NCBI RefSeq assembly: GCF_006345805.1
Contig: NW_021832982.1
Location: 1-59,172 of the forward strand
Direction: 5' to 3'
From: Octopus sinensis
Taxonomy: Eukaryota
Length of the DNA stretch: 59,172 nucleotides
Shown here: positions 24,977 through 38,151 of the stretch, piece after piece
How positions within the stretch are numbered: the first letter of the stretch is position 1
Layout of the letters: every line of letters begins with the position of its first letter
Translations under genes and position numbers: made by a program
Notes under the pieces: generated by a model
The model's database searches: none
The model's input: only the letters and a program-made list of their open reading frames with translations
Told to the model about the DNA's origin: nothing

Positions 24977-26239
24977 TTGACACCTCCACACTCATTCGTC
25001 TGGCCGAACTTGTCCTTACTCTGAACTGCTTCTCGTTCGCGGGCGAGTTCTACCATCAGGTCTCGGGAGTGGCCATGGGAACGCGAATGGGCCCCAACTA
25101 TGCGAACCTGTTCGTTGGCTATGTTGAGGCCCAAATATTCTCTAATTTCACTGGTCCCACTCCCGAACTATATGGTCGTTACATCGACGACATTATCGGT
25201 GCCACCTCACTCTCCCGCGAACATCTAGATTCCTTCCTCTCTTTCGTCCAATCTTTCCATCCAGCCCTCCACTTCACTTCCACTATCTCCAACACCTCTT
25301 TGTCTCCTTCCTCGACATTTCGGTTGGCATTCTTCACTCCACTCTTACCACCTCCATTCACTACAAACACACAGACTCACACTCATACCTCAACTTCTCT
25401 TCCTCCCACCCAGGAACACACCAAGCTTTCCATCCCCTATTCCCATTCCTCCGTCTACGTAGGCTCTGTAGTGACGACCATGACTTTGAGACTCAGTCTC
25501 AACGTATGGCTCACCACTTCACCCTACGTGGAGATACCCCCTCACCACTATCCACACCGCCCTTGCCAGAGCACGGTCCGTGGACCGTGTATCTGCTCTC
25601 TCTCCCCGAGCCCGCCCTGTAGTCTCCCGCCTCCCTTTTCCCCTCCACCACCACACCACGACCCTACGTCTCCAACGCACCATTCTTCGAGCTTTCCGTC
25701 ATCTCCAGTCCGACCGTCCACTTCACACTCTTCCCTAACCGACCCCCCTCCCCTCTTTCAAACGAGCCCACACACCTTCGAGACCTTTTGGTCCATAGCT
25801 CCTTCCCTGACCCTACCTCCCAACCCGGCTCGTCCCCTGATCCCGCCCACGTTGCCGCACTTGCCTTACCTCTCCAACACCACCCGCCTCACTAGCACCC
25901 ACCATCGACCCTATCCCATCATCCACTCCTTCACCTGCACCTCCAGCAATATTATCTATTGCATCTCTTGCTCTCTCTGCAATTCCTGTACATCGGACAA
26001 ACGGACGCCGCTTGGCTGACCGGTTAGCGGGAACACCTTCGTGACATGCCACCTTGCGAACGACAACACGGTCTCACGCCATTCCGCTCCACCGGTCACT
26101 CCTTGCAACACCTATCTGTGTTCGGTTTGTCCTTACACAGAGGCCATCCGGATTCCCGTTGCGCCGTGAACAGGAATTAATCTTCTCTCTTCGCTCTTAT
26201 ACGCCATTTGGTCTCAACTCTCCCCCCCTCCTCATCTAA
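24977..26239 (+). pseudogene. Penelope-like element ORF (RT plus GIY-YIG endonuclease), 5'-truncated and frameshifted
   Basis: GVAMGTRMGPNYANLFVG, RYIDDII, IHYKHTDSHSYL, LRLRRLCS and FTCTSSNIIYCISCSLC..YIGQT motifs across shifted frames. Confidence 0.93.
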
Positions 26240-26882
26240 CCCCCCTCTCCCCCTCCTCACCTATCCTTTCCCCCGACCCCTACTTCTCAGTCCTTCATCC
26301 TTTCACCCCTACTCCCCTTCCCTTCTTCCTCTTTCTCCCTCCCTCCTTCCCTCTTCCCCTTCCCTCTGCTCCCTCACTCCCCCTCTTCCTCTTTCCTCCT
26401 TCCTCCCCCTGCTCCCCTTCTTTCTCCCCTCCTCTTCTCCCCCTCCTCTTCCTCTTCCCCCCTCTCCTCCTCCCTTCCCCCCTCTTCTCCTCACTACACC
26501 ACACGACTTCACACACATCACATCATATATGATTGTGCCCTACTAATACATACACCAACTAATACATACTAATACGTACTAATACATACTAATACATACT
26601 AATACATACACCAACCCTATACATACACACGTCCAGACCCCTCATACGCACTTATACTCTCTCATACACACACACACACACACTTATACGTACTAATACG
26701 TACTAATACATACTAATACATACTAATACATACACCAACCCCATACATACGCACGTCACACCAATCCTACGCACTAATACTCTCTCATACACACACACAC
26801 ACACACACACACCCTTATACATACTAATACATACACCAACCCTATATACATACACACGTCCAGACCCCTCCTACGCACTATT
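26240..26882. repeat. C/T low-complexity tract plus (TACTAATACA)n and about 120-bp minisatellite
   Basis: Directly visible tandem units between the Penelope ORF and its 3' end. Confidence 0.85.
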
Positions 26883-26959
26883 AGCTGGTCCTTCAACCAT
26901 ATTATCAACCCTATTATCTCCCCTTATTTCGCTCTCGCGTCTCATGTTTGATCTTTGAC

Positions 26960-27190
26960 CTCTGGCCGAAATCAGATCGCCATGTTGATTCGTTAGCTAC
27001 TGCACGCATTTTTTTTTCTCTCCTTCTTTCTGTGTTTTTTTTTTTCTCTCTGTGATCTTTCTGTTGAAGAGCGTAGGCGCGAAACGTTAAAGACTTGTTT
27101 TATTTATATTTCCTGAACGCCATACTAATACAATTGTTCGTTTGTTTTCCACCTGCCTCGTCTTTTGTCTATTTTCATAAAGCTTCCCGT

Positions 27191-27191
<1 letters not shown>
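26960..27191 (+). mobile_element. Penelope pseudo-LTR with minimal hammerhead motif (27056-27093)
   Basis: TCTTT-CTGTTGAA-GAGC-GTAG-GCGC-GAAACGT-T-AAAGA; ends in (TA)n. Confidence 0.78.
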
Positions 27192-27251
<60 letters not shown>

Positions 27252-27283
27252 GGTATGTATGTTGTATGTATGTATGTATGTTC

Positions 27284-28219
27284 ACACAAGGTGCTATCAA
27301 AACGTCCCCGGTCTAGTTATGTTTAATGAAAAAATAACTTATTTACCTAGGTTTTAACATCATCTCCTTCGAAATAGTCACGTTACACAACAATACACCG
27401 GTCCCAGTGTTCCTACCATTTTTGGAATCCAGTCTGGAAGTCGTTTTCCGTAAGCGAGTCGAGGACCTCCTGCGATTCTCTCCAGATCTCGACAACGGTG
27501 TAAAAACGGCGACCTTTCAGCTGTATTTCCATCTTGCAGTAGAGATGCAAGTCTGAAGGGGGCTAAATTTGTCGAAAAGGGCCGGGGGAAGCAGCGACAC
27601 TATGTTATTTATGGCGAGAAACTGACGAGTAAGGAGAGTTCGATGACAGGGTGCATTGTCGTCGTGAAGAATCCAATTCTTCTCGCTCCACACATCCGGT
27701 CGCTTTGCCCAATGTCCTCCTTCAAAAGCTTCAAAACTTCGTAGTAGAACTCTCGATTGATGGTCTGGCCCGACGGGGCGGGGAGGGGGAGAATTCTTGA
27801 TGCTTAATACCACATTTACAGGAGTGATGCTCGTGGCAGGTCTTCCAGATTGCTTAGCGTCTTCGAGTGATGTTCTTCTGCTTTTAAAGCGCATGTGCCA
27901 CTCGAAACATTGCGTACCACCCATTGCCTCGTCACCGTAAGCTTACCGAAGCATGCTCAATGTCTCTGTAGCAGACTTCCAAAGTTCAACGCAAAATTTC
28001 ACGTTGGCTCTTTGTTCCTGTCCATGACAAAATCGCAGACTACAGCATACATGTGATGATAAAAAAATCCCGAATTTCATAACTTGCGAAGTAAACACAG
28101 CAATGTCACTCGGCACACTGACTCACGGAGGTCACTGGTAGACCTTACTGCGTGCGCAACTATATGCTGCCATCTGTTGGCGCGCTACAGAACTAGTCCA
28201 GGAAGTTTTTGATACCACT

Positions 28220-28221
<2 letters not shown>
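27284..28221 (-). mobile_element. Internally deleted mariner element
   Basis: TIRs TATCAAAACGTCCCCGGTCTAGT / ACTAGTCCAGGAAGTTTTTGATA; transposase motifs FEWH..SGRP and WILHDDNAPCH. Confidence 0.9.
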
Positions 28222-28274
<53 letters not shown>

Positions 28275-28336
28275 GTGTGTATGTGTGTGTGTGTGTGTGT
28301 GCGTGTGCCTGCGTGCCTCTGTGTGTGTGTGTGTGT

Positions 28337-28637
28337 ATTTTCGTTTTCTTACCATTTTCTCCTCTTATTCCTTTCTGTCGAAGAGTGTAGGCACGAAATG
28401 TAAAGGTCTTTTCCATTTTCCCCGAGTTAAAATAATACACTTGTTTGCTGTTTCTACACCTGTCTTCGTCTTTTGTATTTTGCAAATTTGAACTACATGT
28501 TTCTCTCCGTGTTTCTTTTCTGTGTATCTTTCTGTTGAAGAGCGTAGGCTCGAAACGTAAAAGCCATACTAATACAATTGTTTGTTTGTACTCCACCTGC
28601 CTTCGTCTTTTGTTTATTTTCATAAAGATTTCCGTTA
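28337..28637 (+). mobile_element. Partial-tandem Penelope pLTR with two hammerhead motifs (28370-28406, 28527-28563)
   Basis: Two consecutive units homologous to 27030-27190. Confidence 0.75.
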
Positions 28638-28638
28638 T

Positions 28639-28692
<54 letters not shown>

Positions 28693-29610
28693 ATCACATT
28701 CAACACGTTCGAATACATTCGAATGTGAGAAGACCTTCTGCTGCGAAAATAAGCCAGGGAGAAAAACTCTCTTCCAAATGATGTGTGATGACACATATTT
28801 GACGGTGAATGACATCCCTGGATCATAAGACGCATGCATTCTCATTAAAATAGTATGTTGTACGTATGTTGATGTGCTGATGTGCGTCAAGTTTGATCAA
28901 GTTAGAATTGTATAAATAATGCCGCACGAAGCAGTGTTTGAATAACAATATACAGTTGAATAAAATCTATAGGTAACACATTCGAATGTATTCGGTGGTG
29001 AGAAAATGTAATGTTTTTCCAACTGAGCTATGAGTACATACATTACGTCAACCCTACCTTGTCCACTAATTTATCTACTATAAATCACAAATAATTACAA
29101 ATATCAAAACAGTGCTGCAGCTTTCACAAAGACTACATCGACAGATCATCAATAAAATCAAGAATAAAAGAACTAAAAATGAAAGCATGAAAATGGGAGG
29201 TTACAGGTTGTCCTCGTAGCAAACTCCAGTTCTGAAAGTCCTAGTACTATATTTGCAATAATCCCAAACGAACAGATATAAGTATAACATCCATCCTCAA
29301 CCAAGTGCAAACGGACACAAAAATTAAATGTACATCAAAATAGCAACCAGAACGCTAACCCCAAATGACTGTATTGAGCTGCACATTACCCACGATAAAA
29401 TTAGATTAGCAATTGTTTTAATAGGAAGGTGCCCTGAACTTGTACGACTTGCAGCCTCACGCCACCCCACCCACTACTTACACAGTAATCAACACCATAC
29501 ATACAACTTAGCCCGGCTATTTTTACCTGAAATATTTGGTTTTGCAGGCGAAGACAGAACAATACACACATATATAAAAACATCAAAACACACACACACA
29601 TACACACATG

Positions 29611-29658
<48 letters not shown>

Positions 29659-30905
29659 CATGCACACACTCACACACTCACACAAACGCACACACACACA
29701 CACAGACACACAGACACACACACACACACACTCACTCACTCTCTCTCTCTCACATACGCAAACACACTCACACACACACATAAACATACACGCACACACA
29801 CATTTACTCTCCCACACACATGCACACATGAACACATATATACCGAAATAACTAGCATATAAGACGCAGATCCCTGCCCCCGACCAAAAAAAGTTTCAAA
29901 AATTCCCCTAATCTATAAATGAAGTTAGACCTATCTTCTATGCTTTAATGCATTAAAAACTTCCTTTTTTTACCTGAATATGCGCTGCTGAAATTGAGAT
30001 ACATCTAAGATGGCCGTCAAATACGGTAATTATTCTAAGTTGATGATTCGCTGCATCACTGCTCCGAGTTGCTCACATTTGTGCCGTTCTGGTGAGAGGA
30101 TTAATGAAACGTTTAAAGGGCTGTGATTACAAGTTATTATACCCCCTAGTTATTTTTCATTAGTCATCTTTGGTTAGATAATATTATTTGTACAACCTCA
30201 GCTATTGTTTCTAATTTATTCCTGTCAATCTTCGTTTAAACACTTAATCAAGTTGGGATTAAAAATTAAATATAAGATAAAGAATATTCTACATAACCCA
30301 CAACATAGAACAAGCTAAGTTTCTGAATAATATTTCTTATGAAACCATGACGCAGTAATCACTCGGTAGATACATAAATATTTATATTGTTATACTGATT
30401 ACGCAGATAGCAAATCCCGTTGCTGCAATTCTCGTCAGCTAGAGATTTGTGGCTAGATTGTTTCATCTCTGCTCGATAATTCATCTTTTATTTATTTATA
30501 CATTTATCAATTTATTTGTTTGTGTGTTTGTTTATTTACTTCTTTCTTTTATCTTGTATTTACAAATCTATACTAAATGGTATTGTTTACACAAAAAATT
30601 TCTGAATTTTTCTTATGAATTTTATCATTGTTCTCTATACTTTACGCACTGTTGTTCATCTATTCATTTTTATTTAGCCATCCATCATGCTTGCAATTGT
30701 AGATTATCGCACAAATCTCATTGTAATTATATTTTAGATGTCCCCATTATAACTCATCAACATTTTGTTGAATCTATGTTATTGCAGATTCATAGTCCAG
30801 TGTTATATATTTGTAAACTTATGTTATATAAGGTGGGTGACACGGAAGAGTTGCTAGAGAATCGAATAGAATGAATGCCTTGTGGCTTTTGTTACAACTC
30901 TCGAG

Positions 30906-31325
30906 GGCGGTGAGCTGGCAGAAACGTTAACGCGCCGGGCGAAATGCTTAGCGGTATTTTGTCTGCTGCTACGTGCGGAGTTCAAATTTCGTCGAGGTCG
31001 ACTTTGCCTTTCATCCTTTCGGGGGTCGATTAAATAAGTACCAGTTACGCACTGGGGTCGATATAATCGACTTAATCCGTTTGTCTGCCCTTGTTTGTCC
31101 CATCTGTGTGTAGCCCCTTGTGGGTCGTAAAGAAATAGGTATTTTGTCTGCTGCTACGTGCTGAGTTCAAATTCCGCCGAGGTCGACTTTGCCTTTCATC
31201 CTTTCGGGGTCGATTAAATAAGTACCAGTTACGCACTGGGGTCGATATAATCGACTTAATCCGTTTGTCTTTCCGTGTTTGTCCTCTCTGTGTTTAGCCC
31301 CTTGTGGGTAGTAAAGAAATAGGTA
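30906..31325 (+). mobile_element. SINE family D, tandem dimer with TSD
   Basis: Flanked by TTGTTACAACTCTCGAG at about 30889-30905 and about 31327-31343. Confidence 0.88.
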
Positions 31326-31691
31326 TTTGTTACAACTCTCGAGTTCCCATCCTATCAACTTCAATACTGCTTCTCATCCTTTCGGCATTGTGAACACTGG
31401 ATTGGCAGGCGATATCTGTTCCAGTTCTTTGGGTTCTGAAATAAATTCTACAATTTATTGAGGTTCCATCAATAATAATTTTATGGCGAGTCCAATGTAA
31501 AATAGCAACTACCTATGGTAGTTAAGTCAATGAAACCTACATGATATGAGTTAATCAGAAGAGTGTGTGACAAAGATTTTGTTTTAATTATGTACGTGTG
31601 TGCCGTGTATGTCTGTGTATATATACATGCATACATATGTGTGTATGTGTGCGTGTGTGTGTATAAATAGATATATATATATATATATATA

Positions 31692-31987
31692 TCACCGTGA
31701 TCACCGTGACCGACCAGGCCATCAGATGTTATTACACATCGCTGGTCACAATGCGCTTCGCATTGTTTTAGCCTTCAAATGACGCCACCCCGCTGGCTAT
31801 GCGTGCAGGCCAACAGAAGAAAGAGTGAGAGAAAGTTGTGGCGAAAGAGTACAGCAGGGGTCGCCACCATCCCCTGCCGGAGCCTCGTGGAGCTTTAGGT
31901 GTTTTCGCTCAATAAATACTGGGAATCGAAACCGCGATTCTACGACCGCGAGTCCGCTGTCCTAACCACTAGGCCATTGCGCCTCCA
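31692..31987 (-). mobile_element. SINE family B with tail type b
   Basis: Family B head plus GGGGTGGCGTCATTTGAAGGCTAAAACAATGCG..(CACGGTGAT)2. Confidence 0.85.
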
Positions 31988-31996
31988 TATATATAA

Positions 31997-32045
<49 letters not shown>

Positions 32046-32066
32046 GAGAGATAGATAGATAGATAA

Positions 32067-32098
<32 letters not shown>

Positions 32099-32108
32099 TA
32101 GATAGATG

Positions 32109-32139
<31 letters not shown>

Positions 32140-32478
32140 TTCTTATTGCGCTCTGTTCCCGAGTAACACTTTTTACTCAAGCATATTATATTAATTTCAA
32201 ATTTTGGAACAAACACATCAATTTTTGAAGGAAGGAGTAAGTCGATTACATTGACCCCAGTGTTCAACTGGTATTTATTTTATCGACCCCGAAAGCATGG
32301 ACGGCAAGGTCGACCTCAGTGGAAATTGAAGTCAGAACATGAAGACAGAGACGAATGCCGCTAAGCATTTTGCTTGGCCTGCTAACGATTCTACCGTTCA
32401 CAGTTCTTGCTATGGCATATAATATTGAGTAAGTATATGTATATATATATTATATATATATATATATAATATATATAT

Positions 32479-32518
<40 letters not shown>

Positions 32519-32744
32519 CGTGTATGTGTTCGTGTATGTATGTGCATATGCGCATATGTGAATATTCGCTTTACTTCATTACATAATTATCTCTAATTAT
32601 ACTATTGCTCTGCATGTAAATAATTGTCATAATGACAATTATGTTCTATGCAAATAATCTGCATAAATTATATTTTCTGTTGTATCTATGAGAAAAAAAA
32701 AAATATATATATACACACATATATATGTGTGTGAGTGGTTTGTA

Positions 32745-32820
<76 letters not shown>

Positions 32821-33587
32821 ATGTACATGTTAAGCATATAACGATTATTTCTATAGACACGCACACACATAAACACACAAATATATATAATTATATATAT
32901 ATGAAATATATAACAGTATCTCCCTCCTTTCCCATGTGGTATATGTAAGAGTACATGTGTATATACACGTATATACACATGATGCGTATTTGCATTACGC
33001 ATAACGTACATTATATGCCAGCAATATGACTCAGACATTTTGGCATTAGATATTTATTCGGCGAAATTTGATGAATCTATACTATAGAAAACAACATCAT
33101 AGAATTACACAAAAGAATGACCGTTTATCAGAGATCACGATAATATCCAAACGGGAAACATAAAAGCGGCGTCCATAGCATGGAATACTGCGAGGAACGT
33201 CCACGTAACATTTGATGCAAAACCTGCAGCTTTTGTAACCTTATTATATTGAATGGTTACACTTGATTACGTAATAATTATGAAAGCGGTTTGGTTCTCA
33301 ATGAAAGAATAGACACAGTTTAACTGGAGTTTTGGATAGACGAAACAGTAGAAGTGTTTCTAAGTGTTCATCTCTCGAACCAACTGAAATAAAGATAAGT
33401 ATTTTTGTTATACTACTTATATGAGTGACAAATAAACGTGGGTAGCTGTTTCGTATTTTATATATTTAGAAATATCCATCAACTGGTGATAATTTATGTT
33501 GAGAGCAGGACTGGAAAATATAGCTAGTAGCGACTTTCATGTCTGTATCAAGTTGCTCTGTACTCCATGTTAATAATAATAATAATA

Positions 33588-33676
<89 letters not shown>

Positions 33677-34228
33677 TTCCCTAATGCAGTACGAGATAGT
33701 GGCTCTCAATGCTTCTGATCTTAACTGATTGGACGTGTTATCATGTGCATTGTTTTGTCTTGGTATAAAACATGGACTACAGCAAATATTCTGCTCAATA
33801 CCACCGATTTGCTTGTCAGTTGTTTGACCTTAACCAGTTGAGCATGTCCCTTAGTGGCTGACGATATGTGCATCTGATCACGAGCAGAAGTAGTGAAGGA
33901 GCATCATAAACGTGTGTTGAAAGGAATTCTTACAGGTTTGGATAATTCACCTTTGGAAACATGGGTGGTTCATTCAACATCCTTAAACAATCCTTATTCA
34001 AGGACCTTTGAGCGGGATGGGCTACTCGACCAGAAGAAAATTCTAACTGGGCCCTACCTGCAAGGTCATGCGCTGTTTATCTTGATATGAGATCACCATG
34101 TCGCGCACATATGGTTGTGATGCATGTGCCTGGTGTACCCTTATCAGACGGGTAGTCATGATGGGTATAACGGGTTTTGTATATTTTACCCCAGTGTCAC
34201 TTTGATGGCATGCACTGCTCTCTTACTC
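33677..34228 (+). mobile_element. About 555-bp non-coding element in a (TAA)n array, copy 1
   Basis: Three highly similar copies in the window, each starting directly after (TAA)n. Confidence 0.85.
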
Positions 34229-34232
34229 AATA

Positions 34233-34291
<59 letters not shown>

Positions 34292-34334
34292 AATAATAAT
34301 AATAATAATAATATTAATAATAATAATAATAATA

Positions 34335-34408
<74 letters not shown>

Positions 34409-34416
34409 GGCGGTGG

Positions 34417-34471
<55 letters not shown>

Positions 34472-34552
34472 GTTGATGATGGTGATGGTGATGGTGATGG
34501 TGATGATGACGATGATGATGATGATGATGATGATAATAATAATGATAATAAT

Positions 34553-35795
34553 ATTCCACTTGCTGTTCGTGGACGACTTGAAGTTATTCACAAAAAGTGA
34601 GACAGAACTTGACAGCCTAGTCCAGTTTGTGCGGATTTTCTCCACTGATATTAAGATGGAGTTTGGACTCTCAAAATGTGCTACGATGGTGATGAGATGA
34701 GGAAAGCTTGTCAGGATAGAAGGCATAGGGTTGCCAAGTGGTGAAATGATGAAGGCAATTCAACCTCAGTCAAGCTGTAAATAACTGGAAATACTTGAAG
34801 CAGATGGAATTAAGCACAACATGAAGGAAAAAGAGTACCTGCGGCGAGTGAGAAAAATACTGACAACATGAAGGAAAAAGAGTACCTGCGGCGAGTGAGA
34901 AAAATACTGACAACATGAAGGAAAAAGAGTACCTGCGGCGAGTGAGAAAAATACTGACAACATGAAGGAAAAAGAGTACCTGCGGCGAGTGAGAAAAATA
35001 CTGACAACATGAAGGAAAAGAGTACCTGCGGCGAGTGAGAAAAATACTGACAACATGAAGAAAAAGAGTACCTGCGGGTGAGAAAAATACTGACAACATG
35101 AAGGAAAAGAGTACCTGCGCGAGTGAGAAAATACTGACAACATGAAGGAAAAAGAGTACCTGCGGCGAGTGAGAAAAATACTGGCTTCAAAGCAGAAGAC
35201 AACAAACATATTTTCGGCAATAAACTTGTGCGCAGTCGCAGGAGTTCGGTATGGCGCTGGAATCCTGAAGTGGACAGAAGATGAGCTAAAGGAGATTAAC
35301 AGGAAGTCAAGAAAGACTTTAGGCAAAGATCATGCCTCCATATTGATATGACTGTCCCGATCGATATATACGTACCTGTCAAGACCTACCAAAAACTGAG
35401 CAAGTTCTTGTAATAGAAATTAGCAAAATGTGGAACCTGAAGACTAAAACAATACCTGTTGTCATAGGTGCCCTGGGAATGATAGGAAAAGGGGCTGATT
35501 GCTACCTAGCTCAGATACCAGGAAACCCCAGAATGGCAGAAATTCAAAAGATAGTGCTCTAGGGAACTGCCCATATCCTTCGCAAAATACTGTCTATGTA
35601 ATCTCAAATTTTAAAACAAACACGTAATTTTCTTATGGTTTCTTAAACATTCTCTAGAACAACACTATGTACAAAACCAAATATATGGCACCCTCCGCAT
35701 AACACAAACATGAACTTCTAACTTGTTGTCTCTTGGGGTATCTGGGTAAAACTTGGAGCCAACTTGTATAAACGCAAAGCATAAGTCAAACATAA
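34553..35795 (+). pseudogene. R4/Dong-like non-LTR retrotransposon fragment (RT C-half fused to RLE C-terminus, 3' UTR, TAA tail)
   Basis: LLFVDDLKLF..DIKMEFGLSKCA, AINLCAVAGVRYGAGILKW and EISKMWNLKTKTIPVVIGALG..GTAHILRKILSM*; contains stops and frameshifts. Confidence 0.88.
34817..35183 (+). repeat. 47-bp tandem repeat, 8 copies, inside the RT remnant
   Basis: CAACATGAAGGAAAAAGAGTACCTGCGGCGAGTGAGAAAAATACTGA starting at 34817, 34864, 34911, 34958, 35005, 35051, 35094 and 35138. Confidence 0.97.
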
Positions 35796-35830
35796 AATAA
35801 TAATAATAATGATAATAATAATAATAATAA

Positions 35831-36386
35831 ATGCCCTGATGCAGTACCAGGCAGTGGCTCTCATGGCTTCTGATCTTAACTGATTGGAAGTGTTATCATG
35901 TACATTGTTTTATCTTGGTATAAAAGATGGGCTACAGCAAATATTCTGCTCAATACCACAGATTTGCTTGTCAGTTGTTTGATCTTAACCAGTTGAGCAT
36001 GTCCCTTAGTGGCTGACGATATGTGCATCTCTGATCACGAGCAGAAGTAATGGGGGAGCATCATGGCCATGTGTTGAGAAGGATTCTTTGGGGTTTGAAT
36101 AATTCACCTCTGGAAACATGGGTGTTTCGTTCAACGTCCTTAAACAACCCTTATTCAGGGACCTTTTGAGCGGGATGGGTTACTCGATCTGAAGAAAATT
36201 CTAACTGGGCTCCACCTGCAAGGTCATGTGCTGTTTATCTTGATATGAGATCACCATGTCGCGCACATATGGTTGTGATGCATGTGCCTGGTGTACCCTT
36301 ATCAGACGGGTAGTCATGATGGGTATACTGGGCTTTGTATATTTTACCCCAGTGTCACTTTGATGGCATGCTCTGCTCGCTCACTC
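35831..36386 (+). mobile_element. About 555-bp non-coding element in a (TAA)n array, copy 2
   Basis: Same sequence as 33677-34228, with TAA repeats on both sides. Confidence 0.85.
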
Positions 36387-36446
36387 AATAATAATAATAA
36401 TAACAACAACAACAACAACAAAAACAACAATAACAATAACAATAAC

Positions 36447-36503
<57 letters not shown>

Positions 36504-36715
36504 CTCTATCTTTTTACGGCTACTTTCATTCTGACCCTCAGAACTTATTGGTGTCGTGCTGCTCATATTCAGGCATTCTTGACTCTCACATATCTCATTT
36601 CCTCTTGTCCCCCAAAAAGCTGTCATATCTACTATCCTAGACTCCGATTAAAGCTCATACTGATCCTCCCAGCTTACCATCCAAAACGCCGTCCCCTCAG
36701 GAAAACCCTTCCTAT

Positions 36716-36762
<47 letters not shown>

Positions 36763-36898
36763 TTCTGTAGTCACTGACTTGCTGTGATTCAAGAACAAAC
36801 ATTAACCTACATCCGTTTCACTAGTTTGGAACGTCTGCGAAGGCCATCGGTTTATCTCTTTCCTCCATACCAAATCATTTAAATAATTGTAGATCAGA

Positions 36899-37284
36899 CT
36901 CTCTTTACTCTTTTATTTGTTTCAGTCATTTGACTGTGGCCATGATGGAGCACCGCCTTTAAGTCGAAGAAATCGACCCCAAGACTTATTCTTTGTAAGC
37001 CTAGTACTTATTCTCTCGGTCTCTTTTGCTGAACCGCTAAGTTACGGGGGACGTAAACACACCCGTATCGGTTGTCAAGCGATGTTGGGGGATAAACACA
37101 GACACACACATACATATATACGACGGGCTTCTTTTAGTTTCCGTCTACCAAATCTACTCACAAGGCTTTGATCGGCCCGAGGCTATAGTAGAAAACACTT
37201 GCCCAAGGTGCCACGCAGTGGGACTGAACCCAGAACCATGTGGTTGGTAAGCAAGTTACTTACCACACAGCCACTCCTTCGCCT
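36899..37284 (-). mobile_element. SINE family A, full length
   Basis: Complete head, core and tail. Confidence 0.88.
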
Positions 37285-38106
37285 ATATTTTGCAGATGCC
37301 TATTTTGCAGAGAGGGTCAGTAACTCATTAATATATAATCGTTATTCAAGAGGTCCTTCCGTTTTTTAAAAAGTAGGGTGTGGTATTTGACAGATAGACA
37401 CGACTGCTATTTCTATCAGATCCCGGACAGTCACTTATAGGCTCTTCTTACTAATATCTGGGTATATGATTGTGTAGATGCATTTATTTATTATGTATGT
37501 ATCAGTGTTTTTTTCCCCCTTCCAAGTATCTATTCAGAAATAGCATAGCCAAGTAATCATCAGTATTTCAGATCGCACAATAGAGATTGAACGAATGGTT
37601 CACATAGAAACAATGATAAAGACGCAATGACTCTTGGATCAATATTATCAACTTCTGAATCTAGGAGAAGAAAATATTTCAATAAATACCATCGATTTAT
37701 GCCTGTTCCAGCCAGTCTGTATTCTTGTAGAGAAGTTAAAGCTGTGCAACATATAACTGAAGAAAAATAAAGTGGGTAGGGTAGGAGCGGAAGATTTATG
37801 GCTGATAACAAATAACTTAAAAGATGGAAAATAAAATCACTGTTAAATACACATACACGACACACACACATTCACATATAGACATACATATGCATACACA
37901 AACACACACACATATTCTTATATATATATATATATTCATATACATGCATGCATACATAGATATATAAATATATATATATATATATATGCATATACATACA
38001 TTAATATATATATATGCATATATATATATATATATAATACACACGTATTACTCATACAAACATATATATATATATATATTATATGTATATATATATATTA
38101 TATGTG

Positions 38107-38151
<45 letters not shown>

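Noticed and set aside
24505-26019. 504-aa ORF as a functional protein
   Set aside because: The N-terminal third is non-coding repeat and the RT drifts out of frame after about 25300. It is a decayed Penelope-like element.
33148-33270. Minus-strand terminal exon resembling a GPI-anchor signal (..FASNVTWTFLAVFHAMDAAFMFPVWILS*)
   Set aside because: No polypyrimidine acceptor, an upstream in-frame stop, and no other exons to link.
34817-35183. CRISPR array
   Set aside because: Contiguous tandem units with no unique spacers, no cas genes, and a eukaryotic context.
35831-35950. HDV-like or twister ribozyme at the 5' end of the 555-bp element
   Set aside because: Hairpins are present, but I could not build the nested double pseudoknot or find the conserved motifs by eye.
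33677-36386. LTR retrotransposon (direct repeats flanking RT)
   Set aside because: The repeats are separated from the RT by TAA arrays, no PBS or PPT is evident, and the RT is of non-LTR R4/Dong type.
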